Source: Octopus sinensis (taxonomy: Eukaryota). Taken from it: a stretch of DNA of 64,000 nt. The DNA lies in assembly GCF_006345805.1 (NCBI RefSeq), contig NC_042998.1, forward strand, positions 15,004,001 through 15,068,000, given 5' to 3'. This document shows, in pieces, positions 1 to 11,809 of the stretch (position 1 is its first letter; each line of letters begins with the position of its first letter). A program made the position numbers and the translations under genes. The notes below the pieces were generated by a model, which was not told where the DNA came from, made no database searches, and was given only the letters and a program-made list of their open reading frames with translations.

Positions 1-340
1 GAGAGAGAAAGAAAGAGAGAGATGAAGAGAAAGAGAGATGCGAAAAATAGATGAAGAGAAAGAGAGATGAAGAGAAAAATAGACGAAAAGAGAGAGAGAG
101 AGAGAGACAAAGAATGAAAGAGAGAAAAAACGAAAGAGATGGGCAGAGATGCAGAGTGAGAGAGTGAGACAGGATAGAATGAAAAGCAGAGGGAGTGAGA
201 GAGGCAGAGAAACATAGAAGCAGAAAGACTGAGAGGCAGAGAGAGAAAGAGAGAGACAGAGAAAGAGAGAGACAGAAAGAGAGAGATAAAGAGAGAGAAA
301 GAGAGAGAGAGAAAGACAGAGTGGCAGAGAGACAGAAAGA
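1..340. repeat. GA-rich degenerate microsatellite
   Basis: (GA)n/(GAAA)/(GACA) low-complexity sequence throughout. Confidence 0.95.
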
Positions 341-567
341 GCAATGTATTGGCCAGAGCGGACTAATTCTGTGATTTTGTTAAAGCTTCATCATCTCCAC
401 GAAGTTTCCAAAATCAAAATCGCAAAAAGATTGAGACGGAAGAACATTTAACTCTTTTGTTTGAAATTTCCTATCAGGAATTGATTCCAATTGGTAACGT
501 TATTCCTGCATGAAGTTCAGAGCCTGTTTTACTAACTTAGCATTTCTGAACTGATGGAAAATGAAGT

Positions 568-955
568 GGATGAAGCACTCCGTCTGTTACGACGATGAGG
601 GTTCCGGTTGATCCGATCAACGGAACAGCCTGCTCGTGAAATTAACGCGTAAGTGGCTGAGCACTCCACAGACACGTGTACCCTTAACGTAGTTCTCGGG
701 GAGATTCAGCGTGACACAGTGAGTGACAAGGCCGGCCCTTTGAAATACAGGTACAACAGAAACAGGAAGTAAGAGTGAGAGAAAGTTGTGGTGAAAGAGT
801 ACAGCAGGGATCACCACCATCCCCTGCCGGAGCCTCGTGGAGCTTTTAGGTGTTTTCGCTCAATAAACACTCACAACACCCGGTCTGGGAATTGAAACCG
901 CGATCCTACGACCGCGAGTCCGCTGCCCTAACCACTGGGCCATTGCGCCTCCACT
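568..955 (-). mobile_element. tRNA-derived SINE, family B (Arg-like head), tail type i
   Basis: Minus strand begins GGAGGCGCAATGGCCCAGTGGTTAGGGCAGCGGACTCGCGGTCGTAGGATCGCGGTTTCAATTCC (A/B boxes). Same head as copies at 19028, 23956, 34110 and 43056. Flanked by a 13-bp TSD with one mismatch (TGGAAAATGAAGT 555-567, TGGAAAACGAAGT 956-968). Confidence 0.85.
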
Positions 956-1131
956 TGGAAAACGAAGTAGTATTTAAAACAAGGAATGGGCGATTTTTTT
1001 AGATTGAACATTGTTAAACTAACCGAAGCTGCAAGGTCGGGTAAAGACACTGTTTCTCGTTCTAAATATTCAAAAGAAACGTTAAAAAAGGAGAAAAATT
1101 ATAGAAAATATTTAAAAATTAACATAATATA

Positions 1132-1552
1132 GGCGCAGGAGTGGCTGTGTGGTAAGTAGCTTGCTAACCAACTACATGGTTCCGGGTTCAGTCCCTCTGC
1201 GTGCCATCTTGGGCAAGTGTCTTCTACTATAGCCTCGGGACGACCAAAGCCTTCTGAGTGGATTTGGTAGACGGAAACTGAAAGAAGCCTGTCGTATATA
1301 TGTATATATATATATATCATGTGTGTGAATATGTTTGTGTCTGTGTTTGTCCCTCTAGCATTGCTTGACAACCGATGCTGGTGTGTTTATGTCCCCGTTA
1401 CTTAGCGGTTCGGCAAAAGAGACCGATACAATAAGTACTGGGCTTACAAAAGAATAATTCCCGGGGTCGAGTTGCTCGACTAAAGGCGGTGCTCCAGCAT
1501 GGCCGCAGTCAACTGACTGAAACAAGTAAAAGAGTAAAAGAGAGTAAAGAGT
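1132..1552 (+). mobile_element. tRNA-derived SINE, family A (internal TA/TG microsatellite)
   Basis: Head GGCGCAGGAGTGGCTGTGTGGTAAG..GGTTCCGGGTTCAGTCCC, central (TA)n(TG)n, tail GGCGGTGCTCCAGCATGGCCGCAGTC..GACTGAAAC(AAGTAAAAGAG)n. More than ten copies in the window. Confidence 0.9.
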
Positions 1553-2061
1553 AATATAGTCAATGTAAAGGAGACTGGTATTTTCAAAATGATATCTAAA
1601 ACATTTGGAGGAGTAAGGAGCAAAGCGCGAAACACCACAATTTGGATATAAAATATATAAAAATATCGCATTACAATTCTACTTTAAAAGACAACAACAT
1701 ACCATTTCCATCTTTTATCATGCAAATAAAAATTAGAACCACTGCGTGTATTTAATTTTGGCATAATGACCGTACTGAGATACTACAAAATATTGTATTA
1801 CAATTTTATTTTAATAGACTACAACAAACACGCCATTCCCACCATTTGGTAAGAGAATAGGAACAAATAATGGTCACCCAAACATTATTTATTCACTGGT
1901 TCATGGAATATTTTCGTCCGGTATTAACGATTATTGTAAAGCGAATAATTTAATTTCAAAGTTCTTTTTAAATCTAGAAAATGTCAGTTGAACGCCCAAC
2001 CGCACTAACATATGACTTCAACTTTTGGCATTAGGCCAACAATATTTAGGCGGATGGTGTT

Positions 2062-2398
2062 TGTGAAGGTGCATGGCTCAGTGGTTAGAGCGTCGAGTTA
2101 ACGATCGTGAGGTCGTGGGTTCGAATCCCGGACCGGGCTGCGTGTTGTGTTCTTGAGTAAGACACTTTATTTCATGTTGTTCCAGTTCACTCAGCTGTAG
2201 AAATGAGTTGCTACGTCACAGGTGCCAAGCTGTATTGGCCTTTGTCTTTCCCTTGGATAACACTGGTGGCGTGGAGAGGGAGGCTGGTATGCATGGGCGA
2301 CTGCTGGTCTTCCATAAACAACCTTGCCCGGACTTGTGCCTGGGAGGGTAACTTTCTAGGTGCAATCCCATGGATAGTCATGACCGAAGGGGGGTCTC
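2062..2398 (+). mobile_element. tRNA-derived SINE, family D
   Basis: Head GGTGCATGGCTCAGTGGTTAGAGCGTC..GGGTTCGAATCCC. Body homologous to 57910-58155 and 23115-23230 (minus). Confidence 0.8.
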
Positions 2399-2419
2399 AG
2401 CAGTGTTTAGTCGCCACTC

Positions 2420-2555
2420 AACTAGTTTCTTTATTTTATCAATCCCGAAAGGATGAATGGCAAAGTTAACCGCGGTGGGATTTGAACACAGAACGCTAAG
2501 CGCCGGAAGAAATACCTCGAAGCATTTTGTTCGACGTGCTAACGACTCTGCCAGC
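2420..2555 (-). mobile_element. SINE family C, diverged 5' fragment
   Basis: Reverse complement matches GCTGGCAGA.TCGTTAGCACG..GAGTTCAAAT of the 44045 copy. Confidence 0.65.
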
Positions 2556-2559
2556 AATC

Positions 2560-3210
2560 CGCAATTTCTACAGCCTATCCAGGGAGACATTTCTTCTTTC
2601 AAGGTTTATTTTATTCGAAGAACTTCATCAAAACCGTTTGAATTTACAACAGAAGAAGTTTCTAGAACATTTCAAGGATTTTCGAAGAATTTCAGTATTA
2701 AGTACGCTTTTGCAAATTATTCATGGGGTTGAAATAAGATCCAGCTCCTTTGGTAAGATTTGGAAAATACCTTTGCCTACAAGTGTTAATGATTTTCTTG
2801 ACTTTGGAATTTCTTTTAAATAACGTAATTGAAGAAATTACTGCAATCGGAAAAGACTGCGGTTTTGAAGATGTCGACGCAGGAAATGTTCGTAAGTTAT
2901 TGGAAAGATTGAGTGAATGTTGAACTTTTGGAAATGGAACTTCAAAGAATGTACGCAAAAATAAAAAATAAAAAATTCGAAATAATCTGACAGAGACGGA
3001 AAGGAATCGAAAGAAATAACATTAACAGAACTTACAGGTATATTTCAAAGTTTAGGAATAAGCGACGTTTGATGGATTTTGATCCTGAGATCAATAAAAA
3101 TAGTCAGGTATGTCATCGTGGTCTAGAAAGAATGATTTCTTGTTAATGCATCCCTCCCAGAGAGAAAAAAAAACAACAACCGAAAAGCAACGAAAACTCT
3201 GCATGCAAGT
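2560..3210 (+). pseudogene. pogo/Tigger-type DDE transposase relic (C-terminal half)
   Basis: Broken-frame peptides LQPIQGDISSFKVYFIRRT (cf. Tigger LQPMDQGVIASFKAYYLRRT), GKIWK..P..VNDF and GFEDVDAGNVRKLL. Multiple stops and frameshifts. Confidence 0.65.
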
Positions 3211-3445
3211 TCTTAAATTTTTATTTAATTTCATCGATGCATCGTAATGTAAATTGTCTGTCATTATTTGAAAATCTCGAGAAATAATAATGTCAGAAAT
3301 CGATATATAATATTTCCTTCCATCGATTATTATGGTTATTATATTCGATTGGTGGGGTTTTGACTAATGGATCGAAATTAAGGAAAAATTTGACAGCACA
3401 AATTGAGGGATAACCATCTATCTATCTATCTATCTATCTATCTCT

Positions 3446-5849
3446 GTCAGAGCTAGGATGCGTGCTCTAAGGAACGAAGGTGTTGGAGCCGCGAGAGAGG
3501 CCCGGGTGGCAGAGGCGAACAGGCAACAAAGCCACCATTCGGTCACTGTAGATGAACAGGGGCGCGAATTGCTCGAGCCAAGTAAAATGTGTGAGGCCTT
3601 TCAGCAGCATTTTGCCCGACTGTTCGGAACGAGTGGAGGGCAAGAACGTAGGGTGGACTTCAGTGCCTACCTACATAGCCTACCACGACTCTCGACAAGA
3701 AAGGCAGGTGCTGCGAAGGTGCCATCACGGCGGCAAGTGGCGGGAAGCGATGGCAGAATGCTCGAGGACAAATCACCGGGTTTGGATGGTCTACCCTACG
3801 AGCTTTACAATTGTAGCCAGACTTGTTTGGAGATCTCTTGGCGGCGGTGTACTGCAACTGGCAGCAAAACGGGAGCATTCCTGGTTTTGTGAGCCGAGGA
3901 GCCGTACCACTGCTGAAGAAAGATCTAAACAAGGGAAATGTAATAGATAACTTTAGGCCCATCACTCTGCTTAATGCAGACTTGAAAATTTTGGCCAAGT
4001 GCTAGCCAAGAGGTTGGCGCTTGTCATCGAGAAACTGGTCGACAAGGCGCAAACATGCGCCGTGCCAGGCCGGACCATCCATGACAACCTCCATCTGATG
4101 CGCTACATCATAGACAGGGTAGTTAACGAACCTGGCATGGGTGGGGCCCTGATCAACTTGGATCAATCACAAAGCCTTTGATAGGGTAGACCATCGATAC
4201 TGGAGGCAGTCCTGAGAGCGGCTGGTTTCGGTCCCGTCTTCCGCGGCTGGATAGCTGCCTTGTACAGAGGCATCCGTTCGGTAATTCGCGTAAATGGACA
4301 TCTATCGAGACCTTTCGACATTGCACGTTCGGTCGCGTCAGGATGCCCCCTCTCGGCGCTTCTATACGTATTGACTCTTGAGCCACTACTGCGGAGCTGG
4401 CGACTCTAAGGGGGCATCCCGCGAGAATTGGGATGCGGACGAGCGTGTCTGCATACGCGACACGTCACCGTCATAGTGTCTAGCCACGAGCACATCGAGC
4501 TGGTCGGCGAGACACTGAAAAACTACGAACGGTGACAGGAGCGAAAATCAACCGGGAAAAGTCATGGGGCTTGCGACTAGGCACCTGGAGAGCAAGCCCA
4601 TGCCGTCCACCAGCGCCTCCGTCGTGGGACGCTGGACCGACGGCCCGGTTTTAGTTGCTCGGGGTCTGGTTTGGTCCGGACCTCCAAGTGGAGAAGAACT
4701 GGAACGAGATAACGAGTAGTGTGGTCACTCTCGCCCGGCAATGGGCCGAGAGGAACTGTCCCTAAAAGGTCGAGCGGAGGTGGCGAACACGTACATCGCG
4801 TCCTCATCTACTACCTTACCGGCGCCTGACCGTCGTACCTTGTCCCGACCCTACCATCACCAAACTACAACGCATCCGCATCTTTCGCTTCTTGTGGAAA
4901 GGATGCGTCCCGATGGTCAGGCGATCCATTTGCTGTCAACACCCGTTAAAAGGAGGGCTGGGCATGCCGTGGTTGATGATGCGCAGACACGCGCTGAGAC
5001 TGGCGACATCTCTGGCTCTATGTAGACGACGGTGAACAGGTGTGGTCGCCGTTTGTGGGCACGCTTTCCCGCAGCTCGTCTCCATGACCGAACTGCAGTC
5101 GTGGATCAAAAAGAGCCGAGGAAGGGCGAATGGCAACCGCGATTGTCGCGTTGCTCTCAAGCAACCTCTGCCGTCCTGGGTCGACCTTAAGTGACTTCAC
5201 ACAACCAAAGCATTCTATAGGGGTTTAGTGGAGGGGAGGTACGACGACGAGCTCGGGGCGAACCTGGACGTCGACGAGGAGTACCTGACCCGCCTGGTTC
5301 GGGACGACTTTCGGGCCAGGGCCCATGACAACTTCCAGAGATCCCTGGCCTGGCAGTGCTACCGAGAAGCGCTACCCGTTCGGGATAAGCTCTACAGACA
5401 CGGCTCGAGAAACACGTGGCGACCTGCCCGAGATGCGGTCAGAGCGACGAAACCGTTCTGCACGCACTCGTTCAGTGTCCAACAATTTCCGACCTGTGGG
5501 CTTATGTCGAACAACTGCTGTCACGTGTGGGACGAGTCGGTTTATCAGCTGAGTCTATCGTCAATATTGTCACGCCTCCTTCCTTCAAACGGGAAGGAGA
5601 GCTATTTTCATCATCCTTGTGGCTATGGCGAAAGAATGTATCTGGTGGAACGCGTCTGAAAGGATTGGAGACAAACACTTTCCTCTCTGGCTATCTGTCA
5701 ATCTCATCAACTTCTTCAAGTACCACTTGAAAAGGAAAGTGAGAGTAGAGAGGCAAGTTTTGTCTAGCGAATGTTTTAAAAGAAGATGGGTGAATGTAGC
5801 AAGAATGGCACGTATGAATGACGAAGCCACCTTGAGCATAGTCCTATGA
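3446..5849 (+). pseudogene. Tx1-like ORF2 (linker + RT + C-terminal CCHC), frameshifted, no endonuclease domain
   Basis: Joined from ORF-track segments 3458-3892, 3823-4005, 3999-4181, 5416-5730 and 5619-5849. Many single-base indels. Confidence 0.85.
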
Positions 5850-6147
5850 ACCCAGAAATCGAAAACAGAGAGTTGCTTATTTTGCCAAAAAAAAAAAAAA
5901 AAAAAGAAATATAAAATGTGACTTCATTGACCGAGGTTACCGTGGTCTTTTCCGCAGGCTTTTCTTTCCACGGGTAAACCTCACCTGTCCTCCCCCTTAC
6001 ACTTCATATTGACATTTCTGTGATAACGATCCCTATTGATCATTTTTTTTTTTCCTCCCCCCCCCCCCTTTTTTTTTTTTTTGTTAACCCCCCTTTTTTT
6101 GTCCTCTTTCTCTCCTTTTACGATCCCTTTTGATCGAACCTCCCCCT

Positions 6148-6178
<31 letters not shown>

Positions 6179-6249
6179 TACCTTCAAAAGAAAGCTCTAC
6201 CCTTAATTTTGTTCTATCTGTGGTGCAGCCTGTGTGCTAATAAGAAACA
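3446..6249 (+). mobile_element. Tx1/L1-clade non-LTR retrotransposon, 5'-truncated copy 1
   Basis: ORF2 pieces KSPGLDGLPYELY, NFRPITLLNADLKILAK, LINLDQS(KAFDRV), GCPLSALLY and zinc knuckle CPRCGQSDETVLHALVQC. Stop at 5849, ~400-bp pyrimidine-rich 3'UTR, (TATC)n on both flanks. Confidence 0.92.
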
Positions 6250-6296
<47 letters not shown>

Positions 6297-6333
6297 TTGT
6301 CTTTCTGTCTGCCTGTCTGCCTGTGTCTGTCTG

Positions 6334-6382
<49 letters not shown>

Positions 6383-6419
6383 TTGTCTTTCTGTCTGCCT
6401 GTCTGCCTGTGTCTGTCTG

Positions 6420-6460
<41 letters not shown>
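6250..6460. repeat. Composite (TATC)n satellite with spacer TTTGTCTTTCTGTCTGCCTGTCTGCCTGTGTCTGTCTG (x2)
   Basis: The same spacer recurs twice at 8474-8625. Confidence 0.9.
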
Positions 6461-6461
<1 letters not shown>

Positions 6462-6922
6462 CACCCTACTCGTTATCTCGTTCCAGTTCTTCTCCACTTG
6501 GAGGTCCGGACCAAACCAGACCCCGAGCAACTCAACCGGGCCGTCGGTCCAGCGTCCCACGACGGAGGCGCTGGTGGACGGCATGGGCTTGCTTCTCCAG
6601 GTGCCTAGTCCAAGCCCACTGACTTTTCCCGGTTGATTTTCGCTCCTGTCACCGCTTCGTAGTTTTTCAGTGTCTCGCCGACCACGAGCACTCGAGCTGG
6701 TCGGCGAGACACTGAAAAACTACGAAGCGGTGACAGGAGCGAAAATCAACCGGGAAAAGTCAGTGGGCTTGCGACTAGGCACCTGGAGAAGCAAGCCCAT
6801 GCCGTCCACCAGCGCCTCCGTCGTGGGACGCTGGACCGACGGCCCGGTTGAGTTGCTCGGGGTCTGGTTTGGTCCGGACCTCCAAGTGGAGAAGAACTGG
6901 AACGAGATAACGAGTAGGGTGG
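6461..6922. repeat. Near-perfect fold-back palindrome of Tx1 RT sequence (arms 6461-6684 and 6698-6922, 13-nt loop)
   Basis: 6461-6684 is the reverse complement of 6698-6922 apart from one single-base indel seen. Confidence 0.95.
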
Positions 6923-8340
6923 TCACTCTCGCCCGGCAGTGGGCCGAGAGGAAACTGTCCCTAAAAGGTCGAGCGGAGGTGGCGAACACGTACATCGCGT
7001 CCGTCATCTACTACCGCCTGACCGTCGTACCTTGTCCCGACCCTACCATCACCAACTACAACGCATCCTCTTTCGCTTCTTGTGGAAAGGATGCGTCCCG
7101 ATGGTCAGGCGATCCATTTGCTGTCAACACCCCCGTTAAAAGAGGGCTGGGCATGCCGTGGTTGATGATGCGCAGACACGGCTGAGACTGCGACATCTCT
7201 CTGGCTCTATGTAGACGACGGTGAACAGGTGTGGTCGCCGTTTGTGAGGCACGCTTTCCCGCAGCTCGTCTCCATGACCGAATTGCAGTCGTGGATCAAA
7301 AAGAGGCCGAGGAAGGGCGAATGGCACCGCGAGTGTCGCGTTGCTCTCAAGCAACTCTGCCGTCCTGGGTCGACCTTAAGTGACTTCTTCAACACAACCA
7401 AAGCATTCTATAGGGGTTTAGTGGAGGGGAGGTACACGACGAGCTCGGGGCGAACCTGGACGTCGACGAGGAGTACCTGACCCCCCTGTTCGGGACGACT
7501 TTCGGGCCAGGGCCCATGGACAACTTCCAGAGATCCCTGGCCTGGCATTGCTACCGAGAAGCGCTACCCGTTCGGAGATAGCTCTACAGACACGGCTCGA
7601 GAAACACGGGGCCGACCTGCCCGAGATGCGGTCAGAGCGACGAAACCGTTCTGCACGCACTCGTTCAGTGTCCAACAATTTCCGACCTGTTGGCTTATGT
7701 CGAACAACTGCTGTCACGTGTGGGACGAGTCGGTTTATCAGCTGATCTATCGTCAATATTGTCACGCCTCCTTCCTTCAAACGGGAAGGAAGAGCTATTT
7801 TCATCATCCTTGTGGCTATGGCGAAAGAATGTATCTGGTGGACGCGTCTGAAAGGATTGGAGACAAACACTTTCCTCTCTGGTCAATCTCTCATCAACTT
7901 CTTCAAGTACCACTTGAAAAGGAAAGTGAGAGTAGAGAGGCAAGTTTTGTCTAGCGAATGTTTTAAAAAAAGATGGGTGAATGTTAGCAAGAATGGCACG
8001 TATGAATGACGAAGCCACCTTGAGCATAGTCCTATGAACCCAGGAATCGAAAACAGAGAGTTGCTTATTTGCAAAAAAAAAAAAAAAAAAGAAATATAAA
8101 ATGTGACTTCATTGACCGAGGTTACGTGGTCTTTTCCGTAGGCTTTTTCTTCCACGGGTAACCTCACCTGTCCTCCCCTTTACACTTCATATTGACATTT
8201 CTGTGATAACGATCCCTATTGATCAATTTTTTTTTTTCCTCCCCCCTTTTTTTTTTTTTTTAAAACCCCCCCCCCCCCCCTTTTTTTTTTTTGTCCTCTT
8301 TCTCTCCTTTTACGATCCCTTTTGATCGAAACTCCCCCTT

Positions 8341-8389
<49 letters not shown>

Positions 8390-8459
8390 CTTCAAAAGAA
8401 AGCTCTACCTTGTAATTTGTTCTATCTGTGTGCAGCCCTGTGTGGCTAATAAAGAAACA
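6682..8459 (+). mobile_element. Tx1/L1-clade LINE, 5'-truncated copy 2
   Basis: Nearly identical to ~4485-6249. Peptide [47 protein letters not shown]. Ends AATAAAGAAACA then TATC. Confidence 0.92.
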
Positions 8460-8511
8460 TATCTATCTATCTATTTGTCTTTCTGTCTGCCTGTCTGCCT
8501 GTGTCTGTCTG

Positions 8512-8576
<65 letters not shown>

Positions 8577-8603
8577 TTGTCTTTCTGTCTGCCTGTCTGC
8601 CTG

Positions 8604-8660
<57 letters not shown>

Positions 8661-8847
8661 CTCCCCCTCTCTCTCTCTCTACACACACATGTCTGTCTGT
8701 CTGTCTGTCTATCTATCAATCTATTTATCTATCTATTTATCTCTCTCCCTCTCTCTCTCTACGCTCACACACATATGTCTGTCTGTCTCTATCAATCTAT
8801 CTGTCTGTCTGTCTGTCAGTCTATCTGTCTGTCTGTCTGGCTGTCTG

Positions 8848-8913
<66 letters not shown>
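8460..8913. repeat. Composite (TATC)n/(TGTC)n/(TC)n satellite
   Basis: Directly visible; shares its spacer with 6250-6460. Confidence 0.9.
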
Positions 8914-8915
<2 letters not shown>

Positions 8916-9064
8916 CACTTCATATTGACATTTCTGTGATAACGATCCCTATTGATCATTTTTTTTTCCTCTCCCCCCCTTTTTTTTTTTTTTTTTTTTT
9001 TTACCCCCCTTATTTTTGTCCTCTTTCTCTCTTTTACGATCCCTTTTGATCGAACCTCCCCCTT

Positions 9065-9100
<36 letters not shown>

Positions 9101-9170
9101 CCTTCAAAAGAAAAGCTCTAACTTGTAATTTGTTCTATCTGTGTGAGCCCGTGTGGCTAATAAAGAAACA
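8914..9170 (+). mobile_element. Tx1-like LINE copy 3 (3'UTR only)
   Basis: Matches ~6000-6249. (TATC)n on both sides; ends AATAAAGAAACA|TATC. Confidence 0.9.
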
Positions 9171-9354
9171 TATCTATCTATCTATCTATATACTTACAAA
9201 GAGAGCGCGCGCGCGTGTGTGTGTACGCATGTGTGTGTGTGTGGTGTGCTTACTGTTCGTTTGTTGGTAGCATCAGCAAAAGAGTTAATCCATTATCATT
9301 TAATGAAAACCGGAGTTATACATGAGCGACTTCAACCTCCGTGTTAGAATAGTG

Positions 9355-9402
<48 letters not shown>

Positions 9403-10393
9403 TATATATCAATGGAACAAAAACGCAAGAGGACAATAAAAACATTCGGACAGATAGACGATACAAGGCGGACAAGAGAAACAAGAATTAGAAGAAATGC
9501 ACAGATACACTTATGCATAAAAAGTACCTACATACACACATAAACAATACCTATAAATACATATGTGCATTTGTGTGCCTATTATTTTTGTGTGTATGTG
9601 TATAGTGAACGCACAATTATGTTCGATTAAAACTGCATTAAGGAATTCGTTATAGGGGCTATTAGATTTAGTTTGGGAAAAATCTCCTAAATGAAACTAA
9701 TAAAGACACATTGGTATAGAATTTGTTTCATAAGAGGGACATTTGGCCAAGGGAATGATGTCGTAACTGTGAAAGTCGTGGCTGGGTTTTATGATTGGTG
9801 ATGGTGATTTTATCAATTACAATGTCGGTTTTATGATTCCCTGCTGCTCACTACAAGAACACGTCAAACGCAGCATCAACACCATTCCACTATCACCACT
9901 TCATTTAGAAGATAAGGATGAGAACGTTTTGAAATATTACTTGGCTTAGGAATGTTACTGTTTGAAACTAAGCATAAAGAACTAACAAAGGAATATGAAC
10001 GTTAATTACTACAAAAAGATTAAACGTGAACACAGCTATGATCTTCATATTAACTGAGCCCCCCTCCACGCGCGCGCTCACACGTATATTTATGTATAGT
10101 TATATATGATGTTCACGACTTCAGCACTTTTAATAATTAGATAGTTCGAGCAAGGATGAATTGGAGCTAGAGAACAAAAGCAGCAACACCAATACACCAC
10201 AAAGATCCTCTGACCACCGATGTACAGTGACCGGTAGGACTGGCTCTAAATTACTACCACGATTAAAAGCATAGAATTTTTGTCTTAAACGTTATAATAT
10301 ATTGCTTGTAAGAATGTATAAGCTGAAGATAAATAATTCAAAAGCTATCAAAATTCAGAAACCTTTCATTCATATAAATAAACAAGACAGATA

Positions 10394-10608
10394 TGTTTCT
10401 TTATTAGCCACACAGGGCTGCACACAGACAGGACAAACTACAAGGCAGAGCTTTTCTTTTGGGGGTAAAGAAAGGGGGTTTGGTTTTCGATCAAAAGGGA
10501 TCGTAAAGGGAAAGTAAGAGGACAAAAAAAGGGGGGAATAAAATTTATAAAAAAAAGGGGGGGAGAGGAAAAAAGGGAAAGGAGAAAAAAACAAAAAAAC
10601 AAAAACAA
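10394..10608 (-). mobile_element. Tx1-like LINE copy 4 (diverged 3'UTR, opposite orientation)
   Basis: Minus strand reads ACGATCCCTTTTGATCGAA..CTGTGTGCAGCCCTGTGTGGCTAATAAAGAAACA|TATC. (GATA)n on the plus strand at 10609-10680. Confidence 0.85.
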
Positions 10609-10637
10609 GATAGATAGATAGATAGATAGATAGGTAA

Positions 10638-10678
<41 letters not shown>

Positions 10679-11479
10679 CAGAATGACAGGCAGACAGAGA
10701 GACAGATACAAAGAGACAGAGAGAAACAGTAAAAGAGGGAGAGAGAAATAGAAACAGAGCGAGAGAGAGAGGGAGTGAGTGAGAGAGCGCGTATCTACAC
10801 TGCTAGGAAAGATCTCAACACACTTTTATGGCAAATTCTGAGAAAATGCTAGGTGGGTGTGAGAAGCCCGAAGGGTTTCATTGATCTCCTACAGATGTCA
10901 CAAATTTTGTCCAATTAAATTCAAGAATATAAACAAAAGAACAGATATTGAAGCAACATACATTATCCCAGCATAAATATTTGTTTTCCGACATTACATC
11001 TGCAGATGTTTTCATAGTGCGATTTTAATTTATATTCTTTTTTTTTGTTTACTGTATAATTTTCTATTGACAAAATTACCAAAGAATTTTCAATGATTTA
11101 GATGATCACAAACATATGACTTGCCGCTCTCTAGCACGTGAAACTCCAGCTGATTCTCCATCGTTCTGATATTACGTGGATGCTTGCCTTGTAGTCACAA
11201 CCAATAAACATCAATACCAACCAACCCTCACAGTACACAAATTTGCTACAATACTCCCTCACTCCATGACCAGCAACCTCAACACCACTACCACCACCAC
11301 CTCCACCACCACTATATTATTTCCAGCCAATTAAATTTGAACACCACTAATTAAGATCTGTTTACACGATGAATCAATAGAAGAATCTTTCTGTTGTCTC
11401 TTGACATGGTAGATACAGTAGTTAAATCGCACGTAGATCCTATACTATTGTCTTTAAAACAGGGCATATTGGATGAAAA

Positions 11480-11645
11480 ATTCTTAAGTTGACCAAGATA
11501 CTTTTATGGAATGTGACCAAATGAGGTTTATTTTTCAACACAGCTCTCCTAGCGGTCCACACACTTCTTCCATAGGAGATACGGTACTTGGATCCAATTG
11601 TCGAAGAAGCTTTCACCCTTGAACAAAAAAGCATCAACAGTAGAT
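11480..11645 (-). pseudogene. mariner transposase C-terminal relic
   Basis: Minus translation ESFFDNWIQVPYLLWKKCVDR*ESCVEK* resembles mariner C-termini (..RWKKCVDRKGDYVEK*). Confidence 0.55.
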
Positions 11646-11766
11646 ATAAAGTCATGACCACTGCGATTTGATAGTCAGAAACTGAAAGAGGTCCATCATA
11701 CATACATACATACATACATATCTATATCTATATCTATATCTATCTATCTCTAGTGTTATTTATATA

Positions 11767-11803
<37 letters not shown>

Positions 11804-11809
11804 ATGTAT

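Noticed and set aside
900-954. tRNA-like sequences (also ~2065-2135, 43056-43125 and others)
   Set aside because: These are SINE heads: they continue into repeat bodies with TSDs and lack a complete cloverleaf and Pol III terminator.
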